NCBI GenBank assembly: GCA_965212625.1
Contig: OZ243124.1
Location: forward strand, 2,007,898 to 2,071,897
From: Nitrospirales bacterium
GTDB lineage: Bacteria; Nitrospirota; Nitrospiria; Nitrospirales; UBA8639
DNA length: 64,000 nt
Reading direction: 5' to 3'
Below, piece after piece: positions 9,580-18,953 of this stretch. Positions within the stretch are counted from its first letter, which is position 1, and each line of letters opens with the position of its first letter. The notes beneath the pieces are model-generated. The model was not told where the DNA came from. It saw nothing but the letters and a program-made list of their open reading frames with translations, and searched no databases. The position numbers and the translations under genes are program-made.

Positions 9580-9975
9580 TCCGTGGGGCGTGGGTGATGC
9601 GGGCTGGATTCCCGCTTTCGCGGGAATGACAGAAGCGGGGGCCTGCGGCGTGAGCCGTGGGTTGTGGGTGGTGCGGGCTGGATTCCCGCTTTCGCGGGAA
9701 TGACAGAAGCGGGGGCCTGCGGCGTGAGCCGTGGGTTGTGGGTGATGCGGGCTGGATTCCCGCTTGCGCAGGAATGACAGAAGCGGGGGCCTGCGGCGTG
9801 AGCCGTGGGTTGTGGGTGGTGCGGGCTGGATTCCCGCTTGCGCGGGAATGACAGAAGCGGGGGCCTGCGACATGAGCCGTGGGGCGTGGGTGATGCGGGC
9901 TGGATTCCCGCTTTCGCGGGAATGACAGAAACGGGGGGGCCTAGGACGTGAGCCGTGGGTCGCGAGTGGTGAGGG
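9556..9975. repeat. Tandem repeat, 74-bp unit x5 (plus partial ends), each carrying the palindrome ggattcccgc-ttt-cgcgggaatgac
   Basis: The motif gggctggattcccgc starts at 9601, 9675, 9749, 9823 and 9897, an exact 74-bp period. Confidence 0.9.
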
Positions 9976-10014
9976 AGAGGGACTCGTTGCTGCCCGTAGC
10001 CAGGGAGGAAGACG

Positions 10015-10269
10015 ATGACACATGCTGAACTGTTGTCGCGCATCACTGCGTGTCCCGACGTCTTTGGCGGCAAACCGATCATTCGTGACGTGCGTATTGC
10101 CGTGGAGCACGTTCTGGGAATGCTGGCGGCCGGTGACACGGCCGAGACGATTATTAAGGAGTATCCTGATTTGACCCCCGAGGACGTTCAGGCGTGCCTA
10201 CTGTGTGCCCACCGCTCTCCGGCGGGTGAGCACGTGTATGATCGTGCTCCTATACGGGGAACCTCGTGA
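10015..10269 (+). CDS. DUF433-family protein (antitoxin-like)
   Basis: GGKPIIRDVRIAVEHVLGMLAAGDTAETIIKEYPDLTPEDVQACL is the typical DUF433 core. Confidence 0.65.
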   Translation: MTHAELLSRITACPDVFGGKPIIRDVRIAVEHVLGMLAAGDTAETIIKEYPDLTPEDVQACLLCAHRSPAGEHVYDRAPIRGTS

Positions 10270-10349
10270 AGTTTCTGCTTGACGTGCGTGCGGCGTCACG
10301 CAGTTTGCCGCCGTGCTGCCGGCGGTGCCAAGGTGATGAGAGGAATTGA
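10266..10349 (+). pseudogene. Truncated DUF5615 (PIN-like toxin partner of DUF433) remnant
   Basis: GTGA overlap with the DUF433 stop. VKFLLDV... matches the MKFLLDENL start typical of DUF5615. Stops after 27 codons. Confidence 0.45.
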
Positions 10350-10352
10350 CTC

Positions 10353-11639
10353 GTGGCACAAATTGAAGGCATCAGGATCAGGAATTACCGGGTGTTGAAA
10401 GACGTCGTGCTTGGAAACTTGGGGCTACCGCATGTCCAACCTTTGACTCCGATCACCGCGGTCATCGGAAAAAACGGGGTGGGCAAAAGTTCGCTGTTCG
10501 ATGCCTTTGGTTTTCTTGTGGACTGCATGAAAGTGGGTGTGGAAGAGGCTTGCGATGCCCGAGGACGTGGCGGATTCGATCGTATCCGTTCTCAGGGGAG
10601 CGACGACCCGATAGAATTCAAAGTCTGTTACAGGGAAGAGCCGCATGCCCGTCCTCTTACGACGTATAGTCTGCGGATCGCTAAAGACGATTCTGACCGA
10701 CCTTACGTCTTATCCGAACATCTTGTCCAATACGCCGGAGAACAGGGAAGCGGTTTGTTGTTGTCGATGAATGAAGGAAAGGGCTCGGCGTGGGAAGGAA
10801 AGGTGCAAGGACAACGGATTGATGCGGACGATCCGAAGTTCTCCCATTCTGAGCCGTTGGGTGATCTGGTAATCAAACTATTAATCGGCGAGATGAACTC
10901 AGAAGAAGAACGCATTGAGCTTGAGGACAAACGCACGCTCGCCATCGCCACGCTCGGCACTTTGAAGCAGCATCCCCGGATCGCGGCTTTTCGCCGGTTC
11001 ATCGAAGGCTGGTATCTGAGCTATTTTACGCCGGACGCGGCTCGCAGCTTGCCCTTGGCCGGCCCTCAGAAGCACTTGAACGTCCACGGGGATAATCTCG
11101 GCAACGTCGTGCAGTTCATGCAGCGGGAACACCCGGACCGATTTGCGAGCATCCTGGAGCGGATTGCCGAAAAGGTTCCGGGCATTGACCGCATTGATAC
11201 GCAGCAAAGCCCGGACGGACGGTTGCTGCTGTGCTTCAACGACAAGGGCTTTCAAGACCCCTTTTATGCCCAGCAAATGTCCGACGGTACTTTGAAGGTA
11301 TTTGCTTACCTGCTGATGGTGTACGATCCATCACCGCCGCCGTTCATCTGTATTGAAGAACCGGAGAATGGTCTGTATCACACACTGCTGGAAGTCTTGG
11401 CCGCGGAGTTTCGTAGCCACGCCACCGGAGAGCAGAATACGCCGCAGATTTTCATGACCACCCACCAGCCCTATCTGATTGACGCGCTCAAACCCGAGGA
11501 AACGTGGATTCTGGAAAAGGGCGCTGACGGTTTTGCGACCATTCGCAGGGCCAGCGACGATGCCACCGTCAAGGCTATGGTGGACGAGGGCCTGCCGCTC
11601 GGCGGCCTCTGGTACAGCGACTATCTGGATCGGGGATAG
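10353..11639 (+). CDS. ABC/AAA_15-21-type ATPase (OLD/PARIS-like ATPase component)
   Basis: 428 aa. N-terminus IRIRNYRVLKDV...ITAVIGKNGVGKSSLFDAF (Walker A). MSDGTLKVFAYLL (signature). PFICIEEPENGLY (Walker B). MTTHQP. Confidence 0.65.
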   Translation: MAQIEGIRIRNYRVLKDVVLGNLGLPHVQPLTPITAVIGKNGVGKSSLFDAFGFLVDCMKVGVEEACDARGRGGFDRIRSQGSDDPIEFKVCYREEPHARPLTTYSLRIAKDDSDRPYVLSEHLVQYAGEQGSGLLLSMNEGKGSAWEGKVQGQRIDADDPKFSHSEPLGDLVIKLLIGEMNSEEERIELEDKRTLAIATLGTLKQHPRIAAFRRFIEGWYLSYFTPDAARSLPLAGPQKHLNVHGDNLGNVVQFMQREHPDRFASILERIAEKVPGIDRIDTQQSPDGRLLLCFNDKGFQDPFYAQQMSDGTLKVFAYLLMVYDPSPPPFICIEEPENGLYHTLLEVLAAEFRSHATGEQNTPQIFMTTHQPYLIDALKPEETWILEKGADGFATIRRASDDATVKAMVDEGLPLGGLWYSDYLDRG

Positions 11640-11643
11640 GCCG

Positions 11644-12297
11644 GTGCATTTCGAGGTGCTGGTCGAGGACAAGTCGGGAAGCGTTGCGCTTGACTGTCTG
11701 TTGGAAAAGATTCTCGGTGCAAACGGAGCAGTGCATTCCTGGAAAACGTTCGCCTACAAAGGTCTTGGTCGCATCCCGAAGAATTTGCGCGGGGTCACGG
11801 ATCCGAGGAAACGGATTCTTCTGGATCGACTGCCGAAACTCTTGCGGGGATACGGGCGGAGTCTCCCGCAATCTGACGCGGTGGTGGTCGTCGTGGACTT
11901 GGATCGCAGGGATTGCAGGGCATTCAAGCGGGAGTTGCTTGGCGTGTTGAATGCGTGCCGGCCGCGTCCGAGAACGCTGTTCAGGATTGCCATTGAGGAA
12001 AGCGAAGCGTGGTTGTTGGGAGATCGTGCCGCGGTCAAGGCGGCCTATCCCGGCGCAAAGGATTCCGTTCTGAACAGGTACGTGCCGGACAGTATCTGCG
12101 GCACGTGGGAAGTGCTTGCGAATGCCGTCCGTCCCGGCGGGGCCGCACGGCTCGGGCAATCCGGCTATCCCGAGACGGGAACGGCAAAACGTGAATGGGC
12201 CGAAAAAATCGCTCCCCACGTGGACGTGCATCGGAACCGGTCGAAAAGTTTTCAGGTATTTCGAGACGGGGTGAGAGATCTTGCAGGAATCGGTTAA
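11644..12297 (+). CDS. DUF4276/TOPRIM-like small partner protein
   Basis: GTG 11644 lies 5 nt after the ATPase stop. VHFEVLVEDKSGSVALDCLLEKIL resembles DUF4276-type N-termini with a conserved acidic residue. The longer ORF from 11479 overlaps the ATPase and is unlikely. Confidence 0.45.
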   Translation: MHFEVLVEDKSGSVALDCLLEKILGANGAVHSWKTFAYKGLGRIPKNLRGVTDPRKRILLDRLPKLLRGYGRSLPQSDAVVVVVDLDRRDCRAFKRELLGVLNACRPRPRTLFRIAIEESEAWLLGDRAAVKAAYPGAKDSVLNRYVPDSICGTWEVLANAVRPGGAARLGQSGYPETGTAKREWAEKIAPHVDVHRNRSKSFQVFRDGVRDLAGIG

Positions 12298-12300
12298 CTC

Positions 12301-13695
12301 ATGGACCAAATTACACTAAAAAACTTCCGCTGCTTCCGCGAAGAACAGACCGCCCGCCTGGCCCCTCTGACCCTCCTCGTCGGCGAAAACAGCACCGGCA
12401 AAACCTCCTTCCTGGCCCTGATCCGGGCGCTGTGGGACCTTGCCCGCCGGAATCGTGTTCCTAATTTCAAGGAAGAGCCCTATGATCTGGGCAGCTTTGA
12501 CGAAATCGCTCATCACCGGGGAGGGAGGGGAAGTCAGGCTGAGACATTTGAGGCAGGGTTTGTTGTCACTCATGAAGACCGGCAAAAAGACTGGCGAACG
12601 ACGAAGGATGTCAGCTATCGGCTCAACGTCGTTTTTGGAAAGAAAGGAACTGTCCCAGTTCTGATGAAGAGATGTTTTTCCAATGAAGAAGAGGGTATTC
12701 GGATCGAATTCAGCCGCAGTCAAGACCCTTATAAAGATGTATCATGGAAATTTTCCGTCGTCACGCCGAAAGGAGAGTGGACGATTGATGATGGCATACT
12801 TTGGCTTGATGACGATCACATGTTGTCAGCGGACTTTTTTCGGGATTCTTATCTGGGCGGGATAGGCGGGAAATCCTGGCTGGATCTTGCAGATTATAGT
12901 CTCGTTGTACGACGCGGTTCCGGACAACCTGACGACAGTGATTGGGAACTGATTAAACGGATTTACGATGCAGAACAGAGATTCCGTGGTTGCAAACCGT
13001 TGTATGCCAGCGCGCCGGTTCGATCTAAACCGCATCGAACGTACGATCCCTCGCGCCCCACGCGGGACCCCGAAGGCGATTACGTTCCGATGTATCTTGC
13101 CGACTTATATTTTCGAGACGTGACACGATGGAAGGCTCTCAAAGATGCACTCGAAAAGTTCGGAAAGGAGGCTGGTCTTTTCGACGAAATCTCGGTGATG
13201 CCTCTTGGAAAAACAGCGAGCGGACCGTTTCAGTTACAGATCAGGAAATTTGGGCGTAAGGCAAAAGGGCCGCAGCGCAACCTGATTGACGTTGGCTACG
13301 GAGTCAGCCAAGTGCTGCCCGTCATTACCGAATTGCTGCGCGACGACGCTCCACCGATTTTCCTCTTGCAGCAACCGGAAGTACATCTTCATCCCAGCGC
13401 CCAAGCTGCTCTCGGAAGCCTGCTGTGTCAGGTCGCCACGCCCTGGCGTCAACTGGTGGTTGAAACACACAGCGACCACCTGCTTGACCGGGTGCGCATG
13501 GACGTCCGCGACGGCGTAGGGAATCTCAAGCCCGAGGACGTGTCCATTCTGTATTTCGAGCGCGACGGCTTGGACGTTCGCATTCATTCTCTACGGCTGG
13601 ATGAAGAGGGAAACGTCCTGGATGCGCCACCGAGTTACGGCGCGTTCTTCATGGAAGAAACGGAACGGTCCGTCTGGAAGCGCCATAAAAAATAA
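12301..13695 (+). CDS. AAA_15-type ATPase with DUF3696-like C-terminus
   Basis: 464 aa. ITLKNFRCF...LTLLVGENSTGKTSFL (Walker A). IFLLQQPEVHLHP (Walker B). VVETHSDHLLDRV. Confidence 0.6.
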   Translation: MDQITLKNFRCFREEQTARLAPLTLLVGENSTGKTSFLALIRALWDLARRNRVPNFKEEPYDLGSFDEIAHHRGGRGSQAETFEAGFVVTHEDRQKDWRTTKDVSYRLNVVFGKKGTVPVLMKRCFSNEEEGIRIEFSRSQDPYKDVSWKFSVVTPKGEWTIDDGILWLDDDHMLSADFFRDSYLGGIGGKSWLDLADYSLVVRRGSGQPDDSDWELIKRIYDAEQRFRGCKPLYASAPVRSKPHRTYDPSRPTRDPEGDYVPMYLADLYFRDVTRWKALKDALEKFGKEAGLFDEISVMPLGKTASGPFQLQIRKFGRKAKGPQRNLIDVGYGVSQVLPVITELLRDDAPPIFLLQQPEVHLHPSAQAALGSLLCQVATPWRQLVVETHSDHLLDRVRMDVRDGVGNLKPEDVSILYFERDGLDVRIHSLRLDEEGNVLDAPPSYGAFFMEETERSVWKRHKK

Positions 13696-13704
13696 GAATC
13701 TGAA

Positions 13705-14172
13705 ATGTGTGCAATCGTTGACGCCAATGTCGCCAATGAGGTGTTCGGCCCCCACCCGACTCCGGCGGGAGAGAAGTTCCTTGACTGGGTCAACGGGGGA
13801 AGTCACCGTCTGGTAGTCGGTGGCAAACTGCTTGGTGAACTCGCAAAGAGTTCGCAGGACTTTAGAAAGTGGATGAGTCGGGCCATGCGTACCGGAAAGA
13901 TGAAAGTGTTGGACAAAAATAAAGTCAGCACAAGGACCGACCGGATCGAGCAAGAGAGGCTGCACACGTCAAATGATCCTCACGTGCTCGCCTTGGCCCA
14001 ACTGAGCGGCGCCCGCTTGTTGTACTCCAACGATGCGAAGTTGCAGCAGGATTTCAAAAACAAAGACTTGATTGACCGTCCTCAAGGAAATATCTACTCA
14101 ACACGACAGAACAAAAATTTCACAAGGACACATAAACGGCTGCTTGGCAGGCAAGATTTATGCAAAACCTGA
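13705..14172 (+). CDS. PIN-like domain protein
   Basis: MCAIVDANV... at the N-terminus and SNDPHVLALAQLSGARLLYSNDAKL near the C-terminus fit PIN acidic motifs. Tightly linked to the upstream ATPase. Confidence 0.4.
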   Translation: MCAIVDANVANEVFGPHPTPAGEKFLDWVNGGSHRLVVGGKLLGELAKSSQDFRKWMSRAMRTGKMKVLDKNKVSTRTDRIEQERLHTSNDPHVLALAQLSGARLLYSNDAKLQQDFKNKDLIDRPQGNIYSTRQNKNFTRTHKRLLGRQDLCKT

Positions 14173-14884
14173 TTGACGCCATTCACGTCAAAGGCTTCCG
14201 TTCCCTCGCCGACGTCAAGATCGACGATTTGCCGAGGGTCGCCGTCTTGATCGGCGCCAATGGATCCGGGAAGTCCAACTTCATCCGCTTGCCTCGCATT
14301 TCAAAAAGAAGTGGGACGTGGGAGACAATAACTATCTTCATGCACACGGCGGCAATCTGGCTTCGGTTCTGCTTCTCCTGGAACGTGAAGATTTCCAACG
14401 ATTCGAGAGGATATGTCACCACATTGGTCGGGTGCTGCCGGTCTTTGACCGTTTCCAGATAGAAGAGAGTTACGGTAGAGCCTCGTTGAGATGGAAAGCG
14501 AAGGGGACGGACAAAACTTTCGGTGCGCACCTGACGTCCGACGGGTCGCTTCGTTTTTTTGCCCTGACGACATTGTTGAATCTCCCGCCCGAGATGCTCA
14601 CCGACGTGATCTTCCTGGACGAACCGGAGTTAGGTTTGCATCCGGCGGCGATGACCTTGGTCGGCGGCATGATTCAAGCATTTGGATATGACAGGCAGGT
14701 TATCGTCGCAACACAATCGCCTCTGCTTGTGGATACGTTCAGTCTCAATGAAATTATTGTGCTGGAACTGCAAGACGGCGAAACGAAGATCCGCCGGCTT
14801 GATCCAGATGAGTATCAAAACTGGTTGAAGGAATATACGACGGGCGAGCTTTGGCAAAAGAATCTTCTCGGTGGCCGTCCGTGA
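14160..14884 (+). pseudogene. AAA_21-type ATPase, frameshifted and internally deleted
   Basis: The N-terminal part (IHVKGFRSLADV...VLIGANGSGKSNFI) is in one frame up to ~14290. The C-terminal part (SDGSLRFFALTTLL..., IFLDEPELGLHP, VATQSP) is in another frame from 14318. Only ~15 codons separate Walker A from the distal half. Confidence 0.65.
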
Positions 14885-14940
14885 TCCGTCTCGCCATATC
14901 GGTGGAAGGTCAAATTGCCCGCGGTTTTGCGAATGGGTGA
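14881..14940 (+). pseudogene. 19-codon stub resembling a DUF4276 N-terminus
   Basis: GTGA overlap with the upstream stop. VIRLAISVEGQ... then a stop. Confidence 0.3.
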
Positions 14941-15011
14941 CGCGCTTAGAGTCACTGGGGAATCCGGTGTGAATCGCTGCGCGGGGAAACGATCGAGGAG
15001 GGAGATGTCCA

Positions 15012-17822
15012 ATGGCGCTTGAACCTTGGTACAAAGCTGTCACGCCTCGCCGGGAAGTGCGCGAAGGCCGGTCGTTCAGCCCGGATGAGTTCGCGATTGC
15101 GCTGGAACAGGTCGTCGCCGGGACCGCGCCGGAGGACTACCGGGACCCGGCGCAGTTTTTCGCCCGTACCTGCTTCACGCGCGCGCTCAAGGACCATACC
15201 GGCATGGTGCTCCGGCGCCTCTCCGGCCGAACGGAAAACACGTCGCCGGTTTTGACCCTGATAACCCAGTTCGGCGGCGGCAAGACGCATACGCTCACCT
15301 CGCTTTATCACCTCGCGCGAGCCGGCGCGAGTGCCTCTCAACTCCCGGGCGTGGGGGATCTTCTGAACGAGGCCGGGATCGCCGCCGCTCCCGCCGCTCG
15401 CGTCGGTATCTTCGTCGGCAACGCCTGGGACCCGCAAGACGGCAGGGAAACGCCGTGGATCGACGTCGCCCGGCAACTCGCCGGGGAGAAAGGCGTCAAG
15501 GAACTCGGACCCGCGGCCAGAACCACGCCTCCCGGCACCGAGGCGATTGCCCGCGTCTTCAAAGCGGCCAACGCGCCGGTCCTCCTTCTGTTCGATGAGG
15601 TCCTGAATTTTCTGAATCGGCATCGTGGATTGGCCGAACCGTTCCACGCTTTTCTCCAGAACCTGACGGTCGCCGCGACCGCCACGACGCACGGTGCGGC
15701 GGTCATCAGCCTGCCTCGCAGCCAAGTCGAGATGACCGACTGGGACGTGCAGTGGCAGGAGAAGATCACGAAGGTGGTCCGGCGCGTGGCCAAGGATTTG
15801 ATCGCCAACGACGAGGCGGAAATCAGCGACGTGATCCGGCGTCGGCTGTTCGAGAACGTCGGCCATGACCGCCACCGGAAGAAGGTCTCGAAGGCGTATG
15901 CGGACTGGTGCTTTGAGCGGCGAGCACAACTCCCGCCCGAATGGACGGCGGTGGACAGCGTCACAACGGAGAGCAAGGCCAGAGAATATTTGCGCAGCCG
16001 TTTCGAGGCGTGCTTCCCGTTCCACCCGTCAACGCTCTCCGTCTTTCAACGCAAGTGGCAGGCCCTGGCCCAATACCAACAAACCCGCGGCACGCTGGCC
16101 ATGCTGGCCCAATGGATATCGTGGGCCTTCAGGGAAGGGTTCACGATGGCCAGAACGGAGCCGCTCATCACGCTGGGGTCCGCACCGCTTGACGTGCCGG
16201 AATTCCTTAGCGTGGTGCTCGGTCAACTCGGTGAGTCCCGGCTGGTGGCCGCCATTGACGCCGACGTTTCCGGTGCGCAGGCGCACGCCCGCGCCTTGGA
16301 CGCGGATACCAAGGGTGCCTTGCGAAACATCCACCGGCGCGCCGGAACGACGATCCTTTTCGAGTCCTCCGGCGGCCAGATCGACAAAGTGGCCCACCTG
16401 CCGGAACTGCGCTTTGCGCTCGGTGAACCGGACGTCGATACCACGTCGATTGATCACGCCGCCTTCGCGCTTGAGGACAAAACGTACTTCATCCGGCGCA
16501 TCGGGTCGGACGGATTCAAGATCAGTCACCAGCCCACCATGAAGAAAGTTGTCAGCGACCGGCGCGCTTCTCTGGATGAAGAAACGGAGATACGTCCGGT
16601 CATGCGTTCAATGGTCCAAAGGGAATTCGACCGGGGCGCGACGCTCCCCATCGTGCCGTTTCCGGCCGACGGTTCATCGGTGCAGGATACGCCGAAGTTG
16701 ACGCTTGTCGTCGTTGCACCGGAGTCGGACTGGACCGGTCTGCCGCAGCACGGGCAGGCGGGCACCGGCAACGTCCGTGAGCAAATCCGGGAATGGACGA
16801 AACAGCGCGGCACGTCACCCAGGCTGTACCCTGCTTCGCTTGTCTGGTGCGTCAAGAAACCCGGACGCGACCTGCGGGATACAGTCGAATGGATGCTGGC
16901 CTGGAAGCGCGTGGCTAAGGAGATCACCGACGGTACCTTGGGTGGGGATTTCGACCGGACGGACCGCACCGAAATCCAATCCAAGGTGGCCGAGGCTGAG
17001 ATGGCCGTGAAGGACGCGATTTGGGGCAGTTACCGTTTCGTGGTCATGGCCGACGGCCTGCCCGCGCAGGCGGGCCACGAGTCGGACGGCCTGAAGAGCA
17101 TTGATCTGGGTGCGGGGCATTCGAGCGGAGTTGAAACGCTGTGTGCTCGCGTCGTGACGGCTCTGAAGTCCCAAGCGATCCTCAACGATTCCATCGGCGC
17201 CGGCTACGTCGAACGAAACTGGCCACCGGCCCTGATGGAGTCCGGGGCGTGGCCGCTGACGAGCCTCCGTCAGAGTTTTTTGAATGGGTCGCTCACGCGG
17301 CTGCTCGATCCGGATGCCACGCTTCGCGCCAAGATCGTCGAGTTCGTCAGTCGGGGCGACTTTGGCTTGGCCTCAGGCCGGCAGTCGGACGGCACTTACG
17401 AACGGACCTGGATCAACGAACCGGTCCCGATTGAAGAAGTCACCTTCGACCCCGGCGTGTTTTTGCTTCGCAAGGACAAAGCGTTGGCGCTGAAGGCCAT
17501 GCCGGAACCGCAACCAATCCCCGATCCTTCCCCGAAGCCAGAGTGTGGCCCGGCACCGTCACCGGGCCCCGAATCCACGTCGCAATCCGACGCGCCGGTG
17601 AGCGAAGCCCCCCGGACCATCCGCCTGCGCGGCGACGTTCCGCCGGAGATCTGGAACCGACTCGGCACCAAGTTGCTGCCGAAGTTACGCAGTGGAGCAC
17701 ACCTGACCATCGGCATTGAATTCTCAGTAACAGTCGAAGGCCGGATGGCCCAGGGACTCACGGACGAGTTGAAACAAATCCTCACCGACCTGGGTTTATC
17801 GGAAACGGTGAACGTTGAGTGA
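15012..17822 (+). CDS. DUF499-family ATPase
   Basis: 936 aa. N-terminus LEPWYKAVTPRREVREGRSFSPDEFAIALEQVV and P-loop QFGGGKTHTL match my recollection of DUF499. Confidence 0.7.
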   Translation: MALEPWYKAVTPRREVREGRSFSPDEFAIALEQVVAGTAPEDYRDPAQFFARTCFTRALKDHTGMVLRRLSGRTENTSPVLTLITQFGGGKTHTLTSLYHLARAGASASQLPGVGDLLNEAGIAAAPAARVGIFVGNAWDPQDGRETPWIDVARQLAGEKGVKELGPAARTTPPGTEAIARVFKAANAPVLLLFDEVLNFLNRHRGLAEPFHAFLQNLTVAATATTHGAAVISLPRSQVEMTDWDVQWQEKITKVVRRVAKDLIANDEAEISDVIRRRLFENVGHDRHRKKVSKAYADWCFERRAQLPPEWTAVDSVTTESKAREYLRSRFEACFPFHPSTLSVFQRKWQALAQYQQTRGTLAMLAQWISWAFREGFTMARTEPLITLGSAPLDVPEFLSVVLGQLGESRLVAAIDADVSGAQAHARALDADTKGALRNIHRRAGTTILFESSGGQIDKVAHLPELRFALGEPDVDTTSIDHAAFALEDKTYFIRRIGSDGFKISHQPTMKKVVSDRRASLDEETEIRPVMRSMVQREFDRGATLPIVPFPADGSSVQDTPKLTLVVVAPESDWTGLPQHGQAGTGNVREQIREWTKQRGTSPRLYPASLVWCVKKPGRDLRDTVEWMLAWKRVAKEITDGTLGGDFDRTDRTEIQSKVAEAEMAVKDAIWGSYRFVVMADGLPAQAGHESDGLKSIDLGAGHSSGVETLCARVVTALKSQAILNDSIGAGYVERNWPPALMESGAWPLTSLRQSFLNGSLTRLLDPDATLRAKIVEFVSRGDFGLASGRQSDGTYERTWINEPVPIEEVTFDPGVFLLRKDKALALKAMPEPQPIPDPSPKPECGPAPSPGPESTSQSDAPVSEAPRTIRLRGDVPPEIWNRLGTKLLPKLRSGAHLTIGIEFSVTVEGRMAQGLTDELKQILTDLGLSETVNVE

Positions 17823-17839
17823 ATCCAGCGTCCGTAGGC

Positions 17840-18893
17840 CTCCAATTCCCCTTCAAAACTGGTGCCAGCTTGGGTATCGATCCTCCAATTCCCCTTCAAA
17901 ATTGGTGACTACCGTGCCCAACTCCCTCCAATTTCCCTTCAAAACTGGTCTGCAACGGTGGGAGGAACCTCCAATTCCCCTTCAAAACTGATGACGACTA
18001 CAGCGGTGCGCCTCCAATTCCCCTTCAAAACTGGTGTGTCATGATCCGTCCTTCCTCCAATTCTCCTTCAAAACTGGTAAGGAACATCATGACCAAACCT
18101 CCAATTCCCCTTCAAAACTGGTTTGATACGCGCGCCACAGCCTCCAATTCCCCTTCAAAACTGGCCTGAAGACGTTTGTCCAGCCTCCAATTCCCCTTCA
18201 AAACTGGCATCATCACGATGTCCTTCCTCCAATTCCCCTTCAAAACTGGCTGCGCGGTCTTGGCGATGCCTCCAATTCCCCTTCAAAACTGGCCTGAGGC
18301 AGATGTATTTGCCTCCAATTCCCCTTCAAAACTGGTTCAACTTTCCTTTGGCGACCTCCAATTCCCCTTCAAAACTGGTTCACTCGCCAAATTATGGCCT
18401 CCAATTCCCCTTCAAAACTGGTTCCCAAGATAGTCGTTTTCCTCCAATTCCCCTTCAAAACTGGTTTCCAGCAACGGCAGGGTCCTCCAATTCCCCTTCA
18501 AAACTGGTAGCCAAAAAACAATTTCGCCTCCAATTCCCCTTCAAAACTGGTCGTGGTGCCGATCGCAACCTCCAATTCCCCTTCAAAACTGGTCCAGGAA
18601 CTCAACCTGAGCCTCCAATTCCCCTTCAAAACTGGTCTCAAAGAGACTGGAGGTCCTCCAATTCCCCTTCAAAACTGGTTGATCATCGTCTCTCCTTCCT
18701 CCAATTCCCCTTCAAAACTGGTGAGTCCATCCGCGCAGGACCTCCAATTCCCCTTCAAAACTGGTTATCGCAACGCGTGGCGGCCTCCAATTCCCCTTCA
18801 AAACTGGTTTGGTGATCTGAAAAATGCCTCCAATTCCCCTTCAAAACTGGTGCCGCCGTCCGCGTCGGCCCTCCAATTCCCCTTCAAAACTGG
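17840..18893 (-). CRISPR. CRISPR array: 25 repeats of 24 nt (+ strand CCTCCAATTCCCCTTCAAAACTGG), 24 spacers of 18-20 nt
   Basis: Repeat starts are spaced 42-44 bp. Repeats 7-25 are identical. Repeats 2, 3, 4 and 6 carry single substitutions, marking the old end at the left. AT-rich leader lies at the right end. The strand call is an inference from this polarity. Confidence 0.95.
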
Positions 18894-18953
18894 TCATATA
18901 TCAGTTAACCATGTATATTTCAACAAATTTTTGATTTTTTCAAAGAGTTATTT
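18894..18953 (-). promoter_or_regulatory. AT-rich CRISPR leader with a candidate minus-strand promoter
   Basis: About 75% AT against a GC-rich background. On the minus strand: TTGAAA (18918-18923), 17 nt, then TATATG (18895-18900), directly abutting the first repeat. Confidence 0.35.

Noticed and set aside
9378-10139. 253-aa and 189-aa minus-strand ORFs rich in [11 protein letters not shown] / SFPRKRESSPHHP
   Set aside because: They are read-through of the 74-bp tandem REP array. The amino-acid repeats simply mirror the DNA repeat.
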